Assembly (NCBI GenBank): GCA_964417895.1
Contig: CAYQJS010000004.1
Coordinates: 51,724-115,723, forward strand
DNA from: an uncultured Chloroflexota bacterium
GTDB lineage: Bacteria > Chloroflexota > UBA6077 > SHYK01
DNA: 64,000 nt
Reading direction: 5' to 3'
Both the position numbers and the translations under genes were made by a program. The notes under the pieces were generated by a model. The model saw only the letters and a program-made list of their open reading frames with translations, was not told the DNA's origin and ran no database searches. Position 1 is the stretch's first letter. The number at the start of each line of letters is the position of its first letter. This document shows positions 26,455 through 33,991 of the stretch, piece by piece.

Positions 26455-27635
26455 GGCCTCCCGCTTGGTGAGCGCAGATCCTTCGCTTCCCTCAAATACC
26501 CCCTCTCCCCCTTCGAGGGGGAGAGGGCTGGGGGTGAGGGGGTCAGGATGACATGATCCGGGTCAGAGCCCCACTCGACACCCGCGAACCGGGGCGCCAC
26601 CTGGGTGGCGAACAGCTCGAGGGTCCGGAACGCCGCGGCGTCGCTCATCCCCCCGAAGTTGATCTGGAGCGACGGCTCGAACTCACCCAGCACCGTGCGC
26701 AGGTACGCCAGTTGCTCGGCCACCTCGTCGGGCGTGCCCACGAGGGCCGTGTAGCCGTCGATGAGCTTCTGCGCCGTCTGGGCGCGGATCGCTTCGACCA
26801 TCTGGCCGTAGCCCGCGTAGCTACCGGAGGCGCGGCCCTCCCATGAGGAGACTGCCTCGCTGAACACCTCGATATAGCGATCGATCGGTCGCTGGAAGCC
26901 AGCAATCGCCTCCGCGTGAGTGGCGGCGACATACGTGTGGAGGGAGACCTGCACCTGCCATCCGCCGGTCGGACGTCCAGCGTCGATCCAGGCCGCCGTA
27001 TAGCTCTTCAGCAGTTGTCCTGTGCGCTCGAGATTGCCGGCGAAGGGCACCAGCATGAGGTGATAGCCCTGCCGCCCAGCCGCGGCGAACGATTCCTCAG
27101 ACAGAACCGCCGCGATCCATATGGGGGGATGGGGCTGCTGGAGCGGGCGCGGCGTGAGGTGGATGCCACTCAGATGGAAGAAGCGGCCGTCGTGGCTCAC
27201 CCGATCCTCGGTCCATAGTCGCTTGATGACGCCCACGCCCTCTTCGAACCGCTCGCGGCTCTCGTCCATGTCGATCCCGAAGGCATCGAACTCGGCCGGG
27301 ATGAAGGCGCGCCCGAAGCCCACGTCCAGCCGCCCGTTGCTGATGTTGTCCAGCATCGCCAGCTCACCGGCCACCTTGATCGGGTTGTTGAAGGCGGGGA
27401 TGACCGCCCCCGTGATCGGCCGCAGGCGGCGTGTCCGCGCGGCGATTGCGGAGAGCAGCACGATGGGGCTGGGGGTGTGCCCGCCGTAGTCGTGGAAGTA
27501 GTGCTCAACCGCCTTGGCCGAGGTGTAACCGAGGGCGTCGCCGCGCTCGCTCAGGCGCAGCACCTGGTCGAAGTACTCGGCCGTGGACATGTCGGCGAGC
27601 CGAAACGACGGGAAGAAGTTGAGGCCGTAGCGCAT
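26451..27635 (-). CDS. LLM-class flavin-dependent oxidoreductase (luciferase-like monooxygenase)
   Basis: Start MRYGLNFFPSF (ATG 27635); ...LDNISNGRLDVGFGRAF...; the last ~35 aa (..PSPPALSPSKGERGYLREAKDL..) are encoded by repeat elements. Confidence 0.85.
   Translation of the reverse strand: MRYGLNFFPSFRLADMSTAEYFDQVLRLSERGDALGYTSAKAVEHYFHDYGGHTPSPIVLLSAIAARTRRLRPITGAVIPAFNNPIKVAGELAMLDNISNGRLDVGFGRAFIPAEFDAFGIDMDESRERFEEGVGVIKRLWTEDRVSHDGRFFHLSGIHLTPRPLQQPHPPIWIAAVLSEESFAAAGRQGYHLMLVPFAGNLERTGQLLKSYTAAWIDAGRPTGGWQVQVSLHTYVAATHAEAIAGFQRPIDRYIEVFSEAVSSWEGRASGSYAGYGQMVEAIRAQTAQKLIDGYTALVGTPDEVAEQLAYLRTVLGEFEPSLQINFGGMSDAAAFRTLELFATQVAPRFAGVEWGSDPDHVILTPSPPALSPSKGERGYLREAKDLRSPSGRP
26475..26552. 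repeat. nested repeat: family-2 hairpin inserted inside a family-1 arm
   Basis: cagatccttcgcttc | cctcaaataccccctctcccccttcgagggggagagggctgggggtgaggggg | tcaggatgac; compare the uninterrupted cagatccttcgcttcgctcaggatgac at 1172. Confidence 0.8.
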
Positions 27636-27640
27636 CGCGA

Positions 27641-27778
27641 GTCCCAGGTCCCAAGTCTCAAGCCCCAAGTCTACGCTTCCCGGTCTCCGTGCGAAAAGTT
27701 CAGGATGTATCGCGAGCCGGCGGTCTGCGATTGAGGGCTGGGGCGCGAGAATCGACCTGGGACTGGGACTGGGGACTT
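27641..27778. repeat. inverted heptamer arrays (GTCCCAG family) flanking a ~80 nt spacer
   Basis: gtcccag gtcccaa gtctcaa gccccaa gtctacg (27641-27675) versus cctgggactgggactggggactt (27756-27778). Confidence 0.85.
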
Positions 27779-27930
27779 CACGCCCCCAGGTACATTGCAA
27801 ACCTCCCGGTTGCTGCAAGGTTAAGGACTGCGCGCGCCGGCCTCCGACGCGTGATCTCTGGCCTTCGAGGCTAGCTGCGTCATACTATCGCCACGAACGC
27901 AGCCTACACGTTAACACAAGGAGGAGCGCG

Positions 27931-28401
27931 ATGCCCCTACACGTCGCAAGCGCGGATGTGCCTGAGATCGAGCGGGTTCGATCGGCCGGAACGGGCGTGG
28001 GCTCGATGCTGGTGAAGAAAGGATACGGCAATGAGTGCAGCTTGATGATCGCCGTTCGGGCCCCCGGGTACCACACGACGCCGCACATTCACGAGTCCGA
28101 GCAGATCAACTACGTCCAGGAGGGGGAGATCTGGTTCTTTGTGGAGGATCAGGGCTTCCACTGCAAGGCGGGCGATTTCCAGCGGATCCCCGCCAACACA
28201 GTCCATTGGGCCTGGAACCGTTCCGACGCGAATGCCACCGTCGTGGAGGCCCATGCGCCGGCGCTCGTGGGGGGCCAAGGCGCCGAGGGAGCGGTTGCCC
28301 TCTTCGCCGAGGGGGAAACGCCCGACGTCAAAGGGCCCGGCGAGAACAAGTTCGTCCCCTACAATGCCGCTGCCGCGGAGCGCGAGTACTTCTCTCGCTA
28401 G
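27931..28401 (+). CDS. cupin domain protein
   Basis: GYHTTPHIHESEQINYVQEGEIWFFVED...FQRIPANTVHWAWN (cupin motifs 1 and 2). Confidence 0.8.
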   Translation: MPLHVASADVPEIERVRSAGTGVGSMLVKKGYGNECSLMIAVRAPGYHTTPHIHESEQINYVQEGEIWFFVEDQGFHCKAGDFQRIPANTVHWAWNRSDANATVVEAHAPALVGGQGAEGAVALFAEGETPDVKGPGENKFVPYNAAAAEREYFSR

Positions 28402-28404
28402 CGC

Positions 28405-28660
28405 CCATCATGTCATGCTGAGTGCGATGCGCCGTCACGCCGTCACGCCGCGCCAGGGGCAGGTGAAACTGTCATGCTGAGCCGCAGGCGAAGCATCTGG
28501 GGTCGGCGTCGAGCTGCGAGCCTGCGAGCCGTGTTGTCGGCACCCCCAGACCCTTCGCTGTCGCTCAGGGTGACAATTCAGAGCAGAGCAGCCGAGGGCG
28601 AAACATCCGGAGCACCGGGGCCCCGATTCGTCGGGATGAAGTCTCAAGAATGACAGTATG
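28405..28660. repeat. cluster of family-1 type hairpin elements
   Basis: gtcatgctgagtgcgatgcg..., tgtcatgctgagccgcaggcgaagcatctggggtc / ccccagacccttcgctgtcgctcagggtgaca, ...gggatgaagtctcaagaatgacag. Confidence 0.75.
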
Positions 28661-28671
28661 AGGAGTGATTC

Positions 28672-30060
28672 GTGACCGTGCCGACACAGCCCGCCGCCGC
28701 GCAGCTCGCCGAGTTCAGCTCCTCGATCTCGTGGGCAGGCCTGGACGCGTCCGTGCGGGAGCGCACCCAGGAGCTGGTGCTGGATCTCCTGGGTGTGGCC
28801 GCGCGCGGCAGCGCCGCGGATTCCAGCAAGGCCGTGGCCCGCGTGGCGAAAGAGGCGGGCGGCGGCGGGGAAGCGAGTCTCATCGGCGCGAGAGCGTCCG
28901 CCTCGGCAGCGTGGGCAGCGTTGGCCAATGGCGCGGCAGCCCACGCGATCGAGATGGACGACGTCACGCGGGAGTCGTCACTCCACCCGGGCGCCGCGGT
29001 GATACCTGCCGCTCTCGCAGTAGCCGAAGAGACGGGCTCTCCCGCCTCGTCGTTTCTCGAGGCCGTTGTCGCGGGTTACGAGGTAACGATGCGCGTTGGG
29101 GCGGCGCTGAATCCCGCGGCCGCGTACCAGCGCGGGTTTCATCCCACCGGGGTGGCGGGCGTATTCGGGGCGGCGACCGCGGCGGGCCGGATCCTCGGCC
29201 TCGACGCGGACGCCCTCACCCGGGCGCTCGGCATCGCAGGGACCATGGCGTCGGGCTCGTTGGAGTACCTCAGCGATGGCTCGTGGACGAAGCGTCTGAA
29301 TCCCGGCTGGGCGGCGCATGCTGGCATCGTGGCCGCGAGCCTGGCCGGCGCCGGCTTCACGGGCCCGGCTACCGTCTTCGAGGGGCCCCTCGCGCTGCTG
29401 CATGGCTATACCGCGGAGGCGCTGCCGGAGCAGCTGCTCGCCGGCCTCGGGAGCCCCCTCCAGATCATGCGGGTCGGCGTCAAGCCGTACGCTTGCTGCC
29501 GCTACAACCACGGGCTGGTGGACTGTGTCCTCGCCCTCAAACAGGCTCACGCCATCCGACCGGAGGACGTGAAGTCTATCCGGCTTGGCGTGCTGAGCGC
29601 CGGCTGGGCGCTGGTCGCGGAGCCCATCGAAGTGAAGCGGGCGCCACGCACGATTGTCGACGCGCAGTTCAGCGCGCCCTTCGCGGCGGCGCTCGCTCTC
29701 GCATATGGCGCAGCTGGGCCGGACCTGTACACCGAGGATGCCCTCGACGATCCCACGCTCCGATCTCTGATGGCGCGGACCGAATGCTATCGGGATCCGT
29801 CATTGGACGCCGACTTCCCGCGGCTTTGGCCCTCCGCCGTCGAGGTGCAGCTGCGGGATGGTCGGCGGTTTGCGACCCGCACCGAGTTCACAACCGGCGA
29901 TCCGGAGAGGCCCGTGCCGCGCGCTGGCCTGGTGGCCAAGTTCGTGAGCCTCGCGGGCAGCCTGATGCCAGGCGAGCAGGCGCGGGAACTGGCGGACCGC
30001 ATCCTCCACCTGGAGAGCGAGCCAGACCTGCGGGCGGTCGCCGCGTCGTTGCGGGGGTAA
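28672..30060 (+). CDS. MmgE/PrpD family protein (2-methylcitrate dehydratase-like)
   Basis: GTG start; AAQLAEFSSSISWAGLDASVRERTQELVLDLLGVAARGS, 462 aa, family-typical layout. Confidence 0.85.
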   Translation: MTVPTQPAAAQLAEFSSSISWAGLDASVRERTQELVLDLLGVAARGSAADSSKAVARVAKEAGGGGEASLIGARASASAAWAALANGAAAHAIEMDDVTRESSLHPGAAVIPAALAVAEETGSPASSFLEAVVAGYEVTMRVGAALNPAAAYQRGFHPTGVAGVFGAATAAGRILGLDADALTRALGIAGTMASGSLEYLSDGSWTKRLNPGWAAHAGIVAASLAGAGFTGPATVFEGPLALLHGYTAEALPEQLLAGLGSPLQIMRVGVKPYACCRYNHGLVDCVLALKQAHAIRPEDVKSIRLGVLSAGWALVAEPIEVKRAPRTIVDAQFSAPFAAALALAYGAAGPDLYTEDALDDPTLRSLMARTECYRDPSLDADFPRLWPSAVEVQLRDGRRFATRTEFTTGDPERPVPRAGLVAKFVSLAGSLMPGEQARELADRILHLESEPDLRAVAASLRG

Positions 30061-30298
30061 CCAACTACTTCACATGGGCGCAAGAGGACCGATGGTTGAG
30101 CGGGAGAGGCGACGGGTTCGCAGAGGCGGGAATCAAGGCCGCCTTATGCCGTCACCTCATCGTCGCCATCGCGGTGGTATTCTTCCGCGGGATTGAAGCC
30201 AGAGCAAGCGTGGCCCCGGGGCGCCCGCCTTGCGCCCCGCCTTAGCGGAGCGAGCTTGTTTGGCGCGCCAACCAGAGCGAGACGAGGTAGTGTCGACG

Positions 30299-30997
30299 AT
30301 GGAGCAGACCGGGCGGCTCACGCAGACGGGCCCGGGCACGCCCGTGGGCGAGGAGCTCCGCCGCTGCTGGATCCCCATCGCCGTCGCCAGCGAGGTCACG
30401 GACGAGCGGCCCATCAGGCCCGTCCGTGTCCTCTCCGAGGGACTGGTCCTATTCCGCGGCACGAGTGGCCGCGTTGGCCTAATCCAGGAGCGCTGCACCC
30501 ACCACGGCGTGCTGCTGTTCCGTGGCCACGTCGAGGAGGACTGTCTCGTCTGCCCGTTGCACGCCTGGCGCTTTGACGCGGAGGGCAACTGCTCAGCTAT
30601 CGGTTGGCAGGGCAAGGTCTACCCGATGAGCTGGGCTGAGGCAAGGGCGCATCCGGTGCAACAGTACGCTGGGTTCTACTGGGCTTACCTTGGCAGCCCT
30701 CCCGCGCCAGCACTCCCCGATCACGACGTACTGGCCCGGTGGGACGGCCGACGCCGCATCACGGTTTACCCCGAGCTGAACCGCGGCTGGACGGAGGCCG
30801 ATGCCTTGATTCAGTCTGACTCGCGTGCAGATTGGCTGTGGCTGCGGGCCCCCATCGATGACACTCGCACCTGGCAGGCCAAGGTGGAGCTCATTCCGAG
30901 CGAGGTCGGCGCTCTCATTGATACGGCGGGCGAGGACCCGGAGGTGATCTATATCAATGGACTGACCGTTGGCACACCGCGCATCCCGGGGCCTTGA
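30299..30997 (+). CDS. Rieske [2Fe-2S] domain protein (short oxygenase-like)
   Basis: CTHHGVLL...CPLHAWRF (CxH...CxxH); ATG 30299 after gaggtag. Confidence 0.8.
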   Translation: MEQTGRLTQTGPGTPVGEELRRCWIPIAVASEVTDERPIRPVRVLSEGLVLFRGTSGRVGLIQERCTHHGVLLFRGHVEEDCLVCPLHAWRFDAEGNCSAIGWQGKVYPMSWAEARAHPVQQYAGFYWAYLGSPPAPALPDHDVLARWDGRRRITVYPELNRGWTEADALIQSDSRADWLWLRAPIDDTRTWQAKVELIPSEVGALIDTAGEDPEVIYINGLTVGTPRIPGP

Positions 30998-31069
30998 GTC
31001 CCGAGCCTTCGTGCGGTAGCATCAGGCAGGTTTTCCGAGGGGCTTGATACCAGCCTGAGGAGGCGATTT

Positions 31070-31816
31070 ATGGCGGTCACATCTCAACGACTGGGGCGGG
31101 ACCTGCTCTCCGCCGATGAGCTCATGGACGCTCTCGAGGAGATCAGATATGAATTCACGGGGGGCGACCCCGCCGGCGCATCGCGCCGGCGCGTAGAGAC
31201 CGTAGAGCAGGTCGCCGAGCAGAAGCGTCGGACCCACAAGGGCGGTGATGGGAATCACCGATTCGAGGGTGAGCGCTACCTCAACATCAACGACGACAAG
31301 GATGTCCGCCGTTTCCAGCTGCGCAAGCTGATCGACGAGGGCGGGCAGGACAGCGTTGGAGGCCCCATGCCGAGCCATCCGACGCTCAGCAAATGGCACT
31401 CTGTCGAGTTCGGCCTCACCGACGACGAGATCCACCGGCTTGAGATGCAGGACGCGCTGCCCGAGAACCTGGTCGCTCTCGGCTGGTGGTACTGGATGCA
31501 TCGCAATGAGGAGTGGCCCGTCCTGCTGGGGAGCGCCCTCGTCAGCGAGGGGGCCAAGCGACTGCCCGAGGTGCGGGAAGCGCAGCTCCGCGCCCTGGAC
31601 GAGACGCGCGAGCTTTACCACGAGCTGGGGATCAAGAACATCGACAGAGCCATGCAGAACCAGATCGAGCATTCGCCGATTGGCGCCGACGACGACCACG
31701 TAGTCTTCGGCGAGAACATGACTCGGGCGCACGTCAACACCGCCGAGCTCCAGGAAGCGCTGCGCAAGGTGTTCACCCTCAGGCTGCACCAGTCGCGCGG
31801 ACGGAGCGCTATCTAA
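31070..31816 (+). CDS. hypothetical protein (possibly heme-oxygenase-like helical fold)
   Basis: 248 aa ORF with coding-like composition; preferred over the overlapping antisense 31022-32104 ORF, which is largely repeat-encoded. Confidence 0.5.
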   Translation: MAVTSQRLGRDLLSADELMDALEEIRYEFTGGDPAGASRRRVETVEQVAEQKRRTHKGGDGNHRFEGERYLNINDDKDVRRFQLRKLIDEGGQDSVGGPMPSHPTLSKWHSVEFGLTDDEIHRLEMQDALPENLVALGWWYWMHRNEEWPVLLGSALVSEGAKRLPEVREAQLRALDETRELYHELGIKNIDRAMQNQIEHSPIGADDDHVVFGENMTRAHVNTAELQEALRKVFTLRLHQSRGRSAI

Positions 31817-31829
31817 GGGACCCGCCCGC

Positions 31830-32140
31830 CCACCCCCGTTTTTTCTGGGGGCTTCGCCCCCAGCCCCCGGGGGGATTGGCGCGGGCTTTGCCCCGGCGCC
31901 CCAGGGCAGGGGCCATCTTCCTTCCCCCCAGCGCCCCGGGGGGCGGGTCTTCATTCCTTCCCGAGGGCGGGCGGCGGGGGCCGCCTTCATTCCTTCGCCC
32001 CAGCCCTGGGGGCGGTCTTCGTTCCTTCCCCTCAGGGCGAGGGAGGGGGTGAAGTTAGCGCACCTCCGCGATTCGGCGACTCTCAGCCCAGCCCTCCTCC
32101 ACAAGGGGAGGGGCTGGTCCCTCTGCCCTCAGCGCTCCTC
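31830..32140. repeat. G/C-run hairpin repeat region including a 4-copy ~38-bp tandem array
   Basis: Units ..atcttccttcccccc.., ..gtcttcattccttccc.., ..gccttcattccttcgcccc.., ..gtcttcgttccttcccc.. (about 31908-32050), each followed by a G-run; family-2 copy at ~32085. Confidence 0.75.
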
Positions 32141-32209
32141 CAGAGCGGCCGTGGCGGGCGGTCACCCCGCCATGGGACAATTGGGGCACACTCATCTGGG
32201 GGCAATCGT

Positions 32210-33913
32210 CTGGCCGAGAAGCAAGGCGCATTTACTTTCGTCCTCCATTCGCACATTCCTTACTGCCGCGGGGCCGGCCGCTGGCCTCACGGGGAAGAGT
32301 GGCTCCACGAGGCCGCCGCGGAGACGTATGTCCCGTTGCTCTCCGCTCTCTACGATCTCCGCGCCGAGGGCGTCGCATTCGCGGCGACCATCGGCCTGAC
32401 CCCCGTCCTGGTCGAGCAGCTTCGAGACCCGCTCGTTAACCAGCACTTCGCGGAATACCTGGACCAACGCATTCGCGCTGCCGCGTCGGATGGCGACCGA
32501 CATCGGGCGGCGGGCGCGACGGACCTTGCGAGCCTCGCCGACTTCTACCGCGCCAGATACTCCCACGTTCTGAGCGAGTACGAGAACAGGTTCCGCCGCG
32601 ACCTGGTGGCGGCGTTTCGCGGGCTGCAGGACTCGTACCATGTGGAGATCGCCACGTCCGCCGCGACACACGGCTATCTCCCACTCTTCGAGCGCGACTC
32701 AACCGTCGCCTCCCAGGTCGCGACCGGCGTCGCTGCCTACGAAGAGGCGTTCGGGCGACGCCCACACGCGATCTGGCTTCCCGAGTGCGCCTACCGACCG
32801 CGGTATTTGGCAGGGTCCGGTGAGGATGCCTACGAGAAGCCCGGTCTCGAGGTGTTTCTGGATGAGCAGGGGCTGCGCGTATTCTTCACGGAGACCCAGA
32901 CGGTGGAGGCGGGCCGGGCGATAGGGAAGTCGGCGGGAGACGCCATCGGGCCCTATGGGGGCACTCCGCTCCGTTCGCTCGTAGGTCACGCCGATCCCGG
33001 CCGCCACTCGACGTTCGAGGCGTACCGGGTTGGCGACGCCAACGTCGCGGTGCTGGGCCGCAACGCCCGTACGGGCTTGCAGGTCTGGTCGGCCGAGCAC
33101 GGGTACCCCGGCGACCACCGCTACCGAGAGTTTCACAAGAAGCACGAACGCTCCGGCCTGCAGTACTGGCGCATCACCGGCTCGGGCGTCGACCTGGCCG
33201 ACAAGGACATCTACCAGCCGGCTGAGGCCGCCGCTCAGGTAGAGGACCATGCCCGGCACTTCGTGGCGCTCGTGGAGCAGGAGATCGCGAGCTACCATCG
33301 CGCCACAGGCCGCTATGGGATCGTCGTCGCCGCCTACGATACCGAGCTGTTCGGCCACTGGTGGTTCGAGGGCGTCGACTGGCTTCGGGAGGTCCTGCGG
33401 CTGCTCGCTTCCAGCGAGGTCGTCGACCTGGTGACGGCGAGCCAGTTCGTCGAGCTGCATCCCCCTGAGCATGCGGTGGCACTACCCGAGAGCAGCTGGG
33501 GTCAGGGTGGCGATCACTCAACCTGGCTGACCGCCGACACCGAGTGGATGTGGGCGAGCATTCACCTGGCCGAACGCCGAATGGAGCGGATCGTGGCGCG
33601 TTACCCGCACGCGTCGGGCGCAACCTCGCAGGTGCTGGCCCAGGCCGGTCGGGAGCTCTTGCTCCTGGAGAGCAGCGACTGGCCGTTCCTGGTGACCACG
33701 GGCCAGGCCCGTGACTACGCCGTAGAGCGTTTCAAGGGCCACGAGGAGCGGTTTCGGCAGCTGGCGGATGTACTAGAGCACGGGTCGGTGGATTCCGACG
33801 CGGCCGCCATTGCCGCCACCCTCTTCGAACGCGACCGGGTTTTCGCCGCCATCGATTACCAGATGTTCCGCAACCGGGAACGGTCGCTCGCGGGCGCAGG
33901 CTCGCCTGCTTGA
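32210..33913 (+). CDS. GH57 family 1,4-alpha-glucan branching enzyme-like protein (GH57 + DUF1957)
   Basis: FTFVLHSHIPYCRGAGRWPHGEEWLHEAAAETYVPLL, WLPECAY, AAYDTELFGHWWFEG, LLESSDWPFLVTTGQARDY; the conserved N-terminus lies upstream of the first ATG/GTG/TTG (track start 32336); proposed CTG 32210. Confidence 0.85.
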   Translation: MAEKQGAFTFVLHSHIPYCRGAGRWPHGEEWLHEAAAETYVPLLSALYDLRAEGVAFAATIGLTPVLVEQLRDPLVNQHFAEYLDQRIRAAASDGDRHRAAGATDLASLADFYRARYSHVLSEYENRFRRDLVAAFRGLQDSYHVEIATSAATHGYLPLFERDSTVASQVATGVAAYEEAFGRRPHAIWLPECAYRPRYLAGSGEDAYEKPGLEVFLDEQGLRVFFTETQTVEAGRAIGKSAGDAIGPYGGTPLRSLVGHADPGRHSTFEAYRVGDANVAVLGRNARTGLQVWSAEHGYPGDHRYREFHKKHERSGLQYWRITGSGVDLADKDIYQPAEAAAQVEDHARHFVALVEQEIASYHRATGRYGIVVAAYDTELFGHWWFEGVDWLREVLRLLASSEVVDLVTASQFVELHPPEHAVALPESSWGQGGDHSTWLTADTEWMWASIHLAERRMERIVARYPHASGATSQVLAQAGRELLLLESSDWPFLVTTGQARDYAVERFKGHEERFRQLADVLEHGSVDSDAAAIAATLFERDRVFAAIDYQMFRNRERSLAGAGSPA

Positions 33914-33916
33914 TCC

Positions 33917-33968
33917 GGGGGATTCCCTCCCCCCTTGAGGGGGAGGGGCAGGGAGGGGGGTAACGCCC
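33917..33968. repeat. family-2 type hairpin (ccctccccccttgagggggagggg)
   Basis: gggggattccctccccccttgagggggaggggcagggagggggg. Confidence 0.75.
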
Positions 33969-33991
33969 GCGACGATCCGAAATACCCCGCT

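Noticed and set aside
28665-30245. 526-aa ORF in an alternative frame of the PrpD region
   Set aside because: Its translation is Arg/Gly-rich with no motifs. The 28672-30060 frame carries the MmgE/PrpD-like sequence.
31022-32104. 360-aa minus-strand ORF
   Set aside because: Its N-terminal third is encoded by the C-run/G-run repeat region, and the rest is antisense to a better-looking plus-strand ORF (31070-31816).
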